From Octopus sinensis (Eukaryota), in the NCBI RefSeq assembly GCF_006345805.1, contig NC_042998.1:50964001-51028000 (forward strand): a DNA stretch of 64,000 nt. The letters are read 5' to 3'. Numbering within the stretch: the first letter of the stretch is position 1; the number at the start of each line of letters is the position of its first letter. The translations under genes and the position numbers were made by a program. Below are positions 22,746 through 36,058 of this stretch, piece by piece. Below the pieces are notes generated by a model. The model worked only from the letters and a program-made list of their open reading frames with translations. It ran no database searches and was not told where the DNA came from.

Positions 22746-23655
22746 TAAATAGTATATTGCACATATATTCTAATAACAAAATCTTCTATGGACCTCCAAG
22801 GGCCCCAGGGACCTCAGTTGAGAACCACTGCCACAGACAAAGCTTCTCATAAGAGTCTCTGAACGACCGTCAGATTGTGCTTCATGTGCTTAAGAGAGTA
22901 GGAGTGTATCTTATATATAGACAGAAGTATATTTGATCCTTGTTGCAAGATAAAGGATAAAAAAAAAAAACAGTGACTTCTGCAACTGCTCAAGCACTGT
23001 ACACAGAATGATGGTTCATTGTCTTATACTGATTTCATTTTGATATTCCAAGTGACTGATATTTAATCAAAGTGCTTACTCATTTGAGAAACAAATGATT
23101 TTATGAGGAATGAATAATTTCAGTGAGAACAAAAACAAGTCTTTTAACAACTTTTATGTAATTAACGACCTGGGTTTGTGATAGTGATTTATTTACTGAA
23201 ATTATGTTGTTGTTGTTGTTTCTGCTGCTGCTACTGCTACTGTTGCTTGCTACTGCTACTGTTTTCAGCCAATAGATTGGTAGAATCATTTAAGAATCAG
23301 ACAAAATGCTTGTTATATCTGCTCTGGCTCTCTAGATTCTGAGTTTAAGTCCTGCTGAAGTCAACTTCGTTTTTTATCCTTCGATGATCAACAAAATAAA
23401 GTACCAGTGAAATACTGGGGTTGATTCAAATTGACTAACTCTCTTTCCTCAGATTTCTAACCTAAGAGTTATAGATCACTGGAACTGGTTGAACACCAGA
23501 CCAAATGTCTTAAAGTATTTAGCCTCCCTACCTTATATTCTGAGTTCAAATACCACCTGGTTTTATTTTGCATTTTATCCTTCTGGCAGGAAAGTCAATA
23601 AAATAAGCACCAGTCATGTACTGGGGCTGATGTCATTACTCCCTCTCTGCGAAAA

Positions 23656-24035
23656 TTATTACCTCTGCCTTAACGAAGACGGAGGTATTGTTTTCAGTCA
23701 TGTTTGTTTTGTTGTTTGTCCATGAACAAGATATCTCAAGAACTGCAGGATGGATTAGGATGAAACTTTCAGGGATGTTTGGCCTTGTGACTGGCACGAA
23801 CTGATAAGATTTTGGGGATTGATCCAGTACTGAACAAAGATTCTGGATTATTTTTCCAGTTTTTTTTACTTAATTTTTGAGAGTGGTCAGGTTCATTTTT
23901 AGTATTCTAGTTTGTGAGGGCAGTTGAGTTTATTTCAGATATTCTCATTTAAAAAATCATCTCTGGCGAATCATTGAGAGGACATAGGTGTTACCTTGGC
24001 AGAGGTTTGCGCTCCCAGAGTGCTCTTCTTCTTAG
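23656..24035 (+). mobile_element. HINE/Helentron-like non-autonomous element
   Basis: Subterminal IRs CCTCTGCC / GGCAGAGG, 3' hairpin GCGCTC..GAGTGC, T-rich end; second copy at 42573-42935. Confidence 0.55.
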
Positions 24036-24463
24036 TACTATCATTATTCTTATTAAGGCAAAGAGCTGGAAAGAATCATTAGCATGCTGGGCAAAATGCT
24101 TAGCAGCATTTCACCAGTTCTTATGTTCTGAGTTCAAATTCTGCCAAGGCCAACTTTGCCTTTCATCTTTTTGGGGTCGATAAAACAAGTACCAGTTAAG
24201 CACTGTGTGTGCATGAGTGAATTACTGTTTCCTCGCCTTGGCGTTGTATGACAGTTGTAAATGAATGTCTCCACGATTCAAAGCAGTGTATTTCATTCCC
24301 AGTCTTTCATGGAAACATGTCTAGTTATGGGGTAACATTGCATTTCTTGGAGACAGGTGAGGAGGGTTGGTGACAGGAAGAGCATCCAGCTGTAAGAAAA
24401 TTCACCCCAGCAAAATTCCATCTCAACCATCTATTTGAAAAAGTGGATATTAAGTCAAAGATG

Positions 24464-24494
<31 letters not shown>

Positions 24495-24914
24495 CAATGA
24501 CGACGATGATGATGATGAGAATGATGATGATGAAGATGATGATTTCATACAGCCAGCCATCCAATGAATCCTAGTTAGGAAATATCACACACATAATAAT
24601 TTAAATGACATGGTACAAGTCTACAGTGTGCTGATTTACAGCTTTATGTCTTGCATATCAATGCTCCACTGTTTTTACATTTCATAAGAAGTGACATTTA
24701 CTAAATGTTTATATAATATTCAACATTTGTATTTCTATCGAAATATGCTGGCTGCATAACATAGATAATGTTGAAAGCTGTTTTCATTCGAATATTTTAC
24801 AATTCCTACTTATCAGTAGTTGTTAAAGAAAGTAGCATCAAAATTTATTGAGTATACTTCAGAATTTATTCCTTCAAATTTCAATAAAATTTTTCCTTTG
24901 ATTCATGAATTCAC

Positions 24915-24956
<42 letters not shown>

Positions 24957-25069
24957 CACTGGAAAATTCTTATCATCTCCAGACATTTATCTGAGATAAA
25001 TAGCTTTGGCACAATGGAAGAATATCTATATGGTGCATTTATATATAGTAGTGATAGATTAAGAAGGAA

Positions 25070-25410
25070 GGCACATGGCTCAGTGGTTAGAGTGTCAGGC
25101 TCACAACCATGAGGTAGTGAGTTCAATTCCAAGACTGGGCTGTTTATTGTGTTCTTGAGCAAGACACTTTATTTCAAGTTGCTGCAGTTCACTTAGCTAT
25201 AGAAATGAGTTGCAACATCACTGCATCACTGGTTCCAAACTGTATCGGACTTTGCCTTTCCCTTGGATAACATTGGTAGCATGGAGAGAGGAGGCTGGTA
25301 TGCATGGGTGACTGCTGCTCTTCCATAAACAAGCTTGCCTGGACATGTGCTTCGGAGGGGAACTTTCTAGATGCAATCCCAAGGTCATTCATGACCAAAC
25401 GGGGTCTTTA
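25070..25410 (+). mobile_element. SINE family D, near full length
   Basis: GGCACATGGCTCAGTGGTTAGAG (A box)...GAGTTCAATTCC (B box)...GTGTTCTTGAGCAAGACACTT. Confidence 0.8.
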
Positions 25411-25685
25411 CACACACATATACATATATATATACACATATATACGGGAAGAATTCCCCAAAAAAAAACAAAAGACAAAGACAGGTGGTGTAGACAACAA
25501 ATAGATGTATTAGTATAACACTTGGGGAGTGAAAAAGTCTTTAACGTTTCGAGCCTACGCACTTTCACAGAAAGGAACACAGAAAGAAACAAGGAGAGAA
25601 AATAAAGAATGTGTAGTGGCTAGCGATCTATCATGGAGGAAATATATATATAAGTGTGTATATATATATATATATAGTTCAGAAA

Positions 25686-26740
25686 GCTCCTACTCCTACT
25701 GGCGACAAAGGGTCTCTCGCTCAGAGTGAACAGTAGATTGTATGATGCATGTGTGCGAACTGTCATGCTTCACGGTAGTGAAACATGGGCCGTGACTGCA
25801 GAGGACATGCGTAGACTTGAAAGAAATGAAGCTAGCATGATTTGCTGGATGTGTAATGTCAGTGTGCATGCACGACAGAGTGTAAGCACCCTGAGAGAAA
25901 TGCTGGACGTAAGAAGCATCAGATGTGGTGTGCAAGAGCGATGCTTGAGATGGTATGGTCATGTACTGCGGATGGATGAGGAGTGATGTGTGAAGAAGTG
26001 CCACTCCCAAACAGTTGAAGGTATCAGGGGGAGAGGTAGACCCAGGAAGACATGGGATGAGGTAGTCAAGCATGACCTCAGAGTGTTGGGCCTCACTGAG
26101 GCAATGGCGAAGGACTGAGATCTCTGGAGATATGCTGTGACTGCAAAGACCCGGGCTGCTTCTTGCACCAGTTCCGCATAGCCCCTGCCCATTCAAAGTA
26201 CCCTGGATTCCAGAACATCCCGCTGTGCTTGAGGAGACCTGTTGAGTCAAGTACATGAACATGAACATCGAAATAAATATCAATGGAAATAGTAGTTGTG
26301 ATACCTGTGCCAGTGGCACATAAAAAGCACCATCCGAACATGGCCGTTGCCAGCGCCGCCTCGACTGGCTTCTGTGCCGGTAGCACATAAAAAGCACCAT
26401 CCGAACGTGGCCGATGCCAGTGCCACCTCGACTGGCTTCTGTGCCGGTGGCACATAAAAAGCACTGTCTGAACGTGGCCGATGCCAGTGCTGCCTCGACT
26501 GGCTCCAGTGCCGGTGGCACATAAAAAGCACCATCCGAAAGTGGCCGTTGCCAGTGCCGCCTTGGCTGGCTTCCGTGCCGGTGGCACATTAAAAGCTCCA
26601 ACCGATCGTGGTCGATGCTGGACCCCCCGACACCTGTGCAGGTGGCACGTAAAAAGCACCCACTACACTCGCAGAGTGGTTGGCGTTAGGAAGGGCATCC
26701 AGCTGTAGAAACTCTGCCAGATCAGACTGGAGCCTGGTGG
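25686..26740 (+). mobile_element. 5'-truncated RTE LINE: RT C-terminus plus 3'UTR with 4 x 67 bp repeats
   Basis: RLYDACVRTVMLHGSETW...RCLRWYGHVLRM...GRGRPRKTWDEVV; repeat units start at 26313, 26380, 26447, 26514. Confidence 0.88.
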
Positions 26741-26777
26741 TATGTATAAATATATATATATATATACATACATACAT

Positions 26778-26822
<45 letters not shown>

Positions 26823-26829
26823 TATATAT

Positions 26830-27125
26830 ATGAGGTTGTGATATCGATTCCCAGACCAGGCTGTGAGTTATGTTCTTCAGCAAGACACTTTATTTCACAT
26901 AGCTCCAGTTCATTTAGTTGTAGAAATGAGTAGTGACGTCACTGGTGTATTGCCCTTTGCCTTTCCTTTAGATAACATTGATGGTGTGGAGAGGGGAGGC
27001 AAGTATGCATGGGCAACTGCCAGTCTTCCATAAACAACCTTGCCCAAACCTGTGCCTCAGAGGGGAGCTCTCTAGGGGCAATACCATGGTCATTCATGAC
27101 CAAAGTGGAGGTCTTTACCTTTTAC
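26830..27125 (+). mobile_element. SINE family D (5'-truncated)
   Basis: Homologous to 25120-25410. Confidence 0.7.
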
Positions 27126-27609
27126 CTTTAGATTAAGAAACTCGTGTTGTTGACTCTCGCCTTGATATCATAACTAATTCATTACAAACATTTACTTTTA
27201 TTATAATATTTATAAAATTCTCGCTTTTGCCACGCTAACCTTCACCTTACTGCTAATGATTAATATTATGCTGGGTGTTGTAACTAGATTATTTGAAATC
27301 GTATTTCTTCTCATCAAAGATGTCTAGCCATGCAAGACTGACGTTAATTGTTCATTCCTATGTTATGTAATACTTCACGGCTTTTAGTTTAAGAAAAACA
27401 TTACCAGTCAGCTTTCTTGTTATATTTCTCTTCTCAAGAATCTAATAGCTATGTATTTCATATTTGCATTAGCATTTCATATTTTCATTAGCATTTTTTT
27501 AAATATTACAGATAGACTGTCATCTCTTAAGTCTGTGTATTATATTATAATATTGATATTTTGGAAAACGTATTGAGCATATTAGTGTTTAGTCTTACTA
27601 AATAATATT

Positions 27610-27825
27610 CTTTTCTACTCTAGGCACAGGGCCTGAAATTTTTGGGGAGGGGGCCAGTCGATTAGGTCAACCCCAGTATGCAACTGGTACTTAATTTATC
27701 GATTGCGAAAGGATGAAAAGCAAAGTCGACCTTGGCAGAATTTGAACTCAGAACATAAAGACAGACGAAGTACCCCTAAGCATTTCGCCTGGTGTGCTAA
27801 TGTTTCTGCCAACTCACCGCCTTCT
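27610..27825 (-). mobile_element. SINE family C
   Basis: Reverse-complement consensus match. Confidence 0.8.
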
Positions 27826-27939
27826 TACTAAATAATATTATATATAATCTGTTTCTGTCTCTGTCTCTCTGTCACATGCTAATCTTTCATCATCTGATAC
27901 AAGATCACTTCCAATAATGCCTCCTCCTCTGTCCCTGTC

Positions 27940-28265
27940 AAAATCCTAAGTTATTAGTGACCCTGCTAGTGCTGGTGCCATGTAAAAACACCCAGTCCAC
28001 ACTGTGAAGTAGTTGGTATTTGGAAAGGCATCCAACTATAAAAAACCATGCCAAAACTGACCTCACCTGTGCTGGTGTCATGTAAAAAACATTCAGTTCA
28101 TTCTGCTGGATGGTTGGTGTTAGGAAGGGTATCCAGACATAAAAACCATACCAAAACAGATACAGAAGTCTGGTACAGTCTTCTACCTGGCCAGCTCCTG
28201 TCATACGATTCAACCCATGCTAGCATGGAAGACAGACTTTAAATGATGATGATGATGATGATGAT
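27940..28265 (+). mobile_element. RTE 3' end (family B variant)
   Basis: GTTAGGAAGGGTATCCAG...CAACCCATGCTAGCATGG...(GAT)n. Confidence 0.7.
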
Positions 28266-28309
28266 GATAAAGTAAGGACAGTTAGATAGTACAACTTGAT
28301 ACATCTAAT

Positions 28310-30140
28310 CATCATCATCATCATCATCATCATCCTTTAACATCCGTTTTCCATGCTAGTATGGGTTGGACGGTTCGACCGGGGTCTGGGAAGCCATGGA
28401 GGCTGCACCAGGTTCTAGTCTGATTTGGCAGTGTTTCTACAGCAGGATGCCCTTCTTAATGGCAACCACTCCATGAGTGTAGTGGGTGCTTTTTACGTGC
28501 CACCAGCACAGGGGCCAGAGCAGGTTGGCAAACAGCCATAATCGGTTGGTGCTTTTACATGTCATCGACACGGATGCCAGTCAGGTGGCACTGGCATCTG
28601 CCACATTTGGACGGTGCTTTTTACGTGTCACCAGCACAGGTGTCTTAACTACAATTTCCATTGATTTTTATCTGGCATCTGTCACGTTGGACGGTGCATT
28701 TTACGTGTCACCAGCACAGTGTCTTAACTACAATTCCATTTGATTTTTATCTGGCATCTGTCACGTTTGGACGGTGCATTTTACGTGTCACAGCACAGGT
28801 GTCTTAACTACAATTCCATTTGATTTTTATCTGCATCTGTCACGTTTGGACGGTGCATTTTACGTGTCACCAGCACAGGTGTCTTAACTACAATTTCCAT
28901 TTGATTTTTATCTGGCATCTGTCACGTTTGGACGTGCATTTTACGTGTCACCAGCACAGGTGTCTTAACTACAATTTCCATTTGATTTTTATCTGGCATC
29001 TGTCACGTTTGGACGGTGCATTTTACGTGTCACCAGCACGGTGTCTTAACTACAATTTCCATTTGATTTTTATCTGGCATCTGTCACGTTTGGACGGTGC
29101 ATTTTACGTGTCACCAGCACAGGTGTCTTAACTACATTTCCATTTGATTTTTATCTGGCATCTGTCACGTTTGGACGGTGCATTTTACGTGTCACCAGCA
29201 CAGGTGTCTTAACTACATTTCCATTTGATTTTTATCTGGCATCTGTCACGTTTGACGGTGCATTTTACGTGTCACAGCACAGGTGTCTTAACTACAATTT
29301 CCATTTGATTTTTATCTGGCATCTGTCACGTTTGGACGGTGCATTTTACGTGTCACCAGCACAGGTGTCTTAACTACAATTTCCATTTGATTTTTATCTG
29401 GCATCTGTCACGTTTGGACGGTGCATTTTACGTGTCACCAGCACAGGTGTCTTAACTACAATTTCCATTTGATTTTTATCTGGCATCTGTCACGTTTGGA
29501 CGGTGCATTTTACGTGTCACCAGCACAGGTGTCTTAACTACAATTTCCATTTGATTTTTATCTGGCATCTGTCACGTTTGGACGGTGCATTTTACGTGTC
29601 ACCAGCACAGGTGTCTTAACTACAATTTCCATTGATTTTTATCTGGCATCTGTCACGTTTGGACGGTGCATTTTACGTGTCACCAGCACGGTGTCTTAAC
29701 TACAATTTCCATTTGATTTTTATCTGGCATCTGTCACGTTTGGACGGTGCATTTTACGTGTCACCAGCACAGTGTCTTAACTACAATTTCCATTTGATTT
29801 TTATCTGGCATCTTCACGTTTGGACGGTGCATTTTACGTGTCACCAGCACAGGTGTCTTAACTACAATTTCCATTTGATTTTTATCTGGCATCTGTCACG
29901 TTTGGACGGTGCATTTTACGTGTCACCAGCACAGGTGTCTTAACTACAATTTCCATTTGATTTTTATTTTGATGTTGACGTACTTGACTCAATAGGTCTC
30001 CTCAAGAACAACGGGTCACCCTACAATCCAAGGTTAGCACAGCAGGCCATCCTGCGAGCCATGAACTCACTTCATTTGTCAGGTCATCACAGACACAGCC
30101 TATCTCAGTGGTCTCGGTCTTTGTCATTTCCTCTGTGAGG
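28310..30140 (-). mobile_element. RTE 3' end containing the 82 bp array
   Basis: (CAT)n tail at ~28312; RTE 3' region resumes at 29968 as in 44400-44530. Confidence 0.8.
28591..29967. repeat. 17 x 82 bp minisatellite
   Basis: Unit CTGGCATCTGTCACGTTTGGACGGTGCATTTTACGTGTCACCAGCACAGGTGTCTTAACTACAATTTCCATTTGATTTTTAT; 17 TTAACTAC occurrences counted. Confidence 0.95.
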
Positions 30141-30789
30141 CCAATACTGGTTTCAAATTTTGACACAAGGCCAGTAAATTCGAGGTAGGATGAATGTCAA
30201 TTATATTACTCCCACTGCTCAACTGGTACTTATTTTATTGACTCCGAAAGGATGAAAAGCAAAGTTGACCTCAACAGAATTTGAACTAAGAATATAAAGA
30301 TGTAAAGATGTAAAGATGGATGAAATGCTGCTAAGCATTTTACTTGGTATTCTAATGATTCTGCTAGTTCACTGCCTTTGATGCATCTAATATTAATCAG
30401 ATAATCAATAAACTAGATAATTAACTAAGTAATTACAATTCTATCAAAGCAAACTCTGACTTAACAGAATAGAACAGCAATAGTAAAAGTCCTTGGTAGG
30501 ATGATAGTGAACCCAGATCTATATCTGTTAAGAACTGCAAGAATAATTTGCTCCCGAATTGAAAAGCACTCATACATTGACGTATTGAAATAGACTTTTA
30601 GACATAGTTCTGTGACATGCAATACAAAAGAAATACATATATGCATGATGTCAAAAATATTGAGTTATGAAAGTGAATAATCATAAATACTAAGAAAAAT
30701 ACAAGTCAACTACAACCCAACAAAACTAAAACACAATATCTGTAGTAGATGACAACAATAAAATTAGAGAGCTGCTAGGCCTCAGTTGG

Positions 30790-31390
30790 TGTATCCAGGT
30801 TATCAGCAGCTTAAGATTCGTAGTTCATTAATAGAGCTTACCTTTTTTATCAACAATATGATAGGTCATTGCAGGTTGGTGAAGTATATGCAATTTCTCA
30901 TGGTAGCAGAGTTGGCAATTACAAGCTCCAAGTCAGTAAAAAGGGACCCTATCAAGCACATTCCTTGTGATGTTGGGAGAATTGTTATAATAGACTCAGT
31001 CTCCAGTTAAATTAGAACAAGGAAGTAGAGTTTTCCTGTTTCTTGACCTGAAGGAATACATGTGTTGCAAGTAACTACTTTTAAAGTTATTGGTTGTCAT
31101 GCCGTTATAGCATCTTGTGATGTTATAGATGCTGCAAAGATGGCTTTATAGACTGCAGCGTTTGAGAGGCAGGATCCTCCAAGTGAGCAGTTGGTAGGAT
31201 TTCAGAAGTTACAGATTAGAGCATCAAGTGACATCTGAGTAGGTGCATATTGTGTCTGTTATGATGTGCAGCACTGGAAGTGATATCATCTAAATATGAG
31301 TAGCTAACTTTGACGTTATAGGAGTTAAAGAGTTTATGATGTTTCTGGATTCTTGGAAAATACTTATTAATTAATGTCAGGAGGCTCCTA
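30790..31390 (-). mobile_element. decayed Penelope-like element, RT C-terminus plus GIY-YIG endonuclease
   Basis: LINKYFPRIQKHHKLFNSYNVKVSYS then CN..PTNCSLGGSCLSNAAVYKA...GMTTNNFKS...NCQLCYHEKLHIL, the PLE C-terminal pattern, with stops and frameshifts. Confidence 0.75.
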
Positions 31391-32587
31391 GCTGTATTAG
31401 TTGATGATGAGGAGGAAAAGGAGAAGGAAGAGGAAGAGTAGGAGGAGCACATCCATCCATCCACCGACCCATCCATACGTAAATACATACCTACATACAT
31501 ACATGCATACATACATACATACATACATACACAAGCAAGTATCTTCTATAATAGCTTTACACCAAGTGGATTTGGTAGACAGAAACTAAAACAAGCCTGT
31601 AGTGTGTGTGTATGTATGTATTTGTACCGTCTTGTCTTCATATCACATGACAGTTATAAGCAAGTGTCATCTTCATAAAACTGGCGTCTTCCATTTCCAG
31701 TCTTCCATGAAAACATGTCTGGTCATGGGGAATATATTACTTTTCTAGGAAACGAGAGAGGGTTGGCAACAATGAGGGTATTTGGGTGTAGAAAATCTAC
31801 CTCAATAAATTCCATCTAACTCACACAAGCACAGAAAAGTGGAAACTAAAATAATGCTGATGATGATAATGCTGCTACAATTGCTACTACTGCTGCAGCT
31901 GCTGCTGCTGCTGATGATGATGACTATAACAGTAATATATACGTATGCATGTGTATTGTGTACCTTCAAATGTGTGCGCATGTATGTATGTATGTATGTA
32001 TGTATGCAAGTATGCATGTCTTCATCTCTTTATTTTCACAGGAAAACTAAAAGATGAAAAATAATTTTCCTAAAATACTAGCTCTTGTTTTCTGCTTTTG
32101 TTTTTATGTTCTTTGTATACTCTTTTTTTTTTTTTTCATCATTCCAAATATACATCATTCTAAATATTTCGTGATATAATTATTTCACCCCGAATCATTT
32201 AAAGTTTTACATTCAATGATTTTTACAAATTTTAATATTTTCATGTCCAACATTATTATTTTTTAATATCGCTTTTACAATTACATATTCACTCTCAAAA
32301 TTACAGGTCTTTTTTTTTTTAACGTTCTTCACATTCTCAATAATTTCATATATCTATCGTCTGAAACTGAATGTTTCCTTCAAATTGTTTTCAAGTTATC
32401 AATACATATTATTCAATATCCATTTTATTATTGTTTGATTTCTACATTTTTCCATATATATTCTTGCAATCTACAAATTTGTTTGGAAATTTTTTCATTT
32501 AAAGTTCTCCACATTTTTTCATTCATTTAAACCATAACACTTGCTTATGGCGCATTAACTAAATATACACACATTTACACACAGACT

Positions 32588-32624
<37 letters not shown>

Positions 32625-32759
32625 TCACTGGCACATACTCAGAAATATATACACCATTCTGTAGATATATTATCAGAATATCCAGCATTATTTCCCATGC
32701 TGAAACATAGCTGTAAATTATTCTTAATTATTCATAGCTATAAATTATTCTTAATTATT

Positions 32760-33120
32760 CTCAAATCAAAATCAAAATCGAATTGAACCAGCCAGGATCC
32801 CTGGTCTGGTGGTACGTAAAAAGCACTATCCGACTCGTGGCTGATGCCAGCGCCGCCTCGACCGGCTTCCGTGCCGGTGGCACGTAAAATACACCAATCC
32901 AACCGTGGCCGTTTGCCAGCCTCGCCTGGCACCTGTGCAGGTGGCACGTAAAAAGCACCCACTACACTCACGGAGTGGTTGGTGTTAGGAAGGGCATCCA
33001 GCTGTAGAAATATTGCCAGATCTGACTGGCCTGGTGCAGCATTCTGGCTTCCCAGATCCTCGGTCGAACCGTCCAACCCATGCTAGCATGGAAAGCGGAC
33101 ATTAAACGATGATGATGATG
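32760..33120 (+). mobile_element. RTE 3' end (family B)
   Basis: 67 bp-type units, GGAAGGGCATCCAGCTG, (GAT)n tail. Confidence 0.8.
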
Positions 33121-34024
33121 AGGAGGAATTGTTCTTAATGAGAGTGTATTCAGTCTGATGCAACACTGTTCTTGAGAAGTTATCTTTCTTATAAGAAATG
33201 CAGTTGTTATCAAGTGCATTTTCAGCACCCGACTGTCTAATGCACTCAATATTAACAGCAAATTGCATAATATGCACTCAGTATTAACAGTACATTTTGT
33301 AATTTAATTGTGTAAACAACATATTTGTAATTCAAGTAAATTAAGTAATATCATTGGATTAAATAAATTTGAATGCATTTTAAATTTCGTTTGAAATTAT
33401 TATTGAACATAAATTTATTATCTTGTATTCTGGTTATTTCATAATTCTTAAAATAATTTGAACAATTAGTACAAACTGGAGTTTCAGGAAGAATACACTT
33501 CATGGAACTAACATTGTTCTTGTAGTTTGCAGAAACTGGAATGCCTAGAGAAAATCCACACATTCAAATAAGGAGACTGCAATAACTACAATGAAGAAGA
33601 AACAACATGAAGAGTTGTGAAGACACTCAGCTTATATGATATTAGGGCTGTACCCAATATATATAAAGGTGCATGACTCAGTGGTAAGAGTGTCAAACTC
33701 ATAATCATGAGGCTGTTGAGCTTGATACTTGATTTTCTTTGGCAATGACATCACGAAACTTGAGCCAGAGCTGGAGCAGAGTGGATGGTTCACATTATTT
33801 TTATAGGAAAATGAAAAAATCCCTAAGACTATTTCTTGGTTGTTGAGATACAGAAGCTTCTGACTACGTTGCATCCCATCCTACTGGTCAGCATCTCCTG
33901 GTAATCCAAGAATAAAACCATCTGCTATTTACTATTCAAAGATCTTAAAATGAACCGGAATCTCTCACTTTGAGGAGAAGCATTTCTGTTGGTTAGTGTG
34001 TATAGTCACTGTCAAAGAATATGT

Positions 34025-34222
34025 ATTTCACTACTGCCCACAAGGGGCTAAACACAGAGGGGACAAATGGATTATGTCGATTACATCGACCCCAGGGCGT
34101 AACTGGTACTTAATTTATCGACCCTGAAAGGATGAAAGGCAAAGTCGACCTCGGCGGAATTTGAACTCAGAATGTAACAGCTGACGAAATACGGCTACGC
34201 ATTTCACCCGGCGTGCTAACGA
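34025..34222 (-). mobile_element. SINE family C
   Basis: Near-consensus reverse copy. Confidence 0.8.
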
Positions 34223-34328
34223 GTCTCCCAGCTCACCGCCTTCAGCAGACATACTTTGAATTCTTCATCTCCATTTTTGTTGTTCAATGTACAGAAGAAT
34301 AGAACCTCATGGTACAGCAAGGGTTGCT

Positions 34329-34476
34329 ACTTTAGCATGCAGTCTACCACAGAATTCATAGTCCATGCTGTGACATGACCTGATCTGGGTTAGGATTTAG
34401 ATTAAAGTTTAGGGTTAGGGTTTTGGATTAGGTATAGAGTTAGGGGTACAGTTCTGGTTAGACTGCATACTAAAGT
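34329..34476. mobile_element. small MITE-like foldback with TTAGGG-like interior
   Basis: ACTTTAGCATGCAGTCTA...AGAA / TTCT...TAGACTGCATACTAAAGT; interior GGGTTAGG, TTTAGGGTTAGGG. Confidence 0.55.
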
Positions 34477-35429
34477 GTAAGTGGAGATGTAGACCGCAAG
34501 CTGAAGTGTAAATAGCCCCATAGTCCACATATTAAAGTGGCATCCAGTAATGTTTGTGCAAAGGGTTCATACAAGTACAGCTTTAAAAGAAAGGCTGTAA
34601 GAAATGCATCCTTTGGATTCTGTACTTGTTGTAAAGCAATTACTTGAATGAAGCAAAACTTTTGGCCATTTTCTAAGTGGACCACAAGTTTTTAAATTCA
34701 GGGATATCTTCATGAATTGGCAACATGAAAATAAGCACCAAAACCCTCATTGTTGGTTTCAAATTTTGGTACAGTTTCGAGGTGGTGTTAAATCGATTAC
34801 ATCAACCCCAGTGCTTAACTAGTTCTTATCTTATCAACACCAAGGAAGAAAGGCAAAGTCACCCTCAGCAGAATTTGAACTCAGAACATAAAGATAGACA
34901 AAAGCCACTAAGCATTTTGCCTGGCATAGTAACAATTCTGCCAGCTTGCCACCTCATCAGAAACCCACATTATTGATGAAGAATTATTCTTACTGGAACT
35001 GGGTAACTTCACAGCCCCTGCTTTACTGTGTTGGAACAAATATAGTATTGTCAGATCCCTTGGGGATATATTTCCAGACATATTTGAGGGACTTTATCAA
35101 GTTGTAGAAACCAAAACCGAAGCAATCAACATCATTATCATAAGCATTAATATCTTCATTTTAACTCTTTAGCATTCAGATCTCTCTGTCAAATGTAATG
35201 TTTATTTATTCAAATTATTTCAAATTAATCACGCATTATCTTGTAGCTTCAAGATCTCAGTTATGTGATTGCTCATTTCCAAAATGACAACAGAGGACAG
35301 GAGTGAGAGACTGGATTTGGCTGGTTTAAGCCTTTAGTATTCAGATTACTCTGTCAAATATAAAGCTTATTTATTCACAGTGTTTTCATTTCATCATCTT
35401 GTAGCTTTGAGATCTCAATTATGTATTTC

Positions 35430-35637
35430 TTTACTACCCACAAGGGACTAAACACAGAGAGGACAAACAAGGACAGACAAACAGATTAAGTCAATTATAT
35501 CGACCCCAGTGCGTAACTGGTACTTAATTTATCGACCCCGAAAGGATGAAAGGCAAAGTCGACCTCGACGGAATTTGAACTCAGAACGTAACGGCATTTT
35601 GTCCAGCATGCTAACTATTCTGCTAGCTGACCGCCTT
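35430..35637 (-). mobile_element. SINE family C
   Basis: Near-consensus reverse copy. Confidence 0.8.
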
Positions 35638-35762
35638 GAGATCTCAATTATGTGATTGCTTATTTCCAAAATGACAATGCAGGATAGATGTGAGAGACTG
35701 GATTTGGCTGGTTTAACCCTTTAGTATTCAGATTATTCTGTCAAATATATTTTTATTTATTT

Positions 35763-36058
35763 ATGCACCCTTTTCAAGCCTAGCCAGGCTCATGGGCCCA
35801 GTTTCCTGGTTTCTGTGGTGTATGTGTTCCCCCCAGCTGGACGGGATGCCAGTCCATTGCAGCGTTACCCAAGGAACAGGAAGAAAGAGTGAGAGAAAGT
35901 TGGGGGCGAAAGAGTACAACAGGGGTTGCCACCTCACCCTGCCGGAGCCTCGTCGAACTTTTAGGTGTTTTCGCTAAATAAACACACACAACGCCCAGTC
36001 TGGGAATCAAAACCGTGATCCTCCAACTGCGAGTCCGCTGCCCTAACCACTGGGCCAT
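35763..36058 (-). mobile_element. SINE family F
   Basis: Reverse complement of 1054-1340. Confidence 0.8.

Noticed and set aside
25696-26659. 301 aa and 188 aa minus-strand ORFs
   Set aside because: Antisense to the RTE ORF end and its 67 bp 3'UTR repeats; not independent genes.
28820-29943. Repetitive 103 aa ORFs / CRISPR-like array
   Set aside because: Pure 82 bp tandem repeat with no unique spacers and no cas genes; eukaryotic context.
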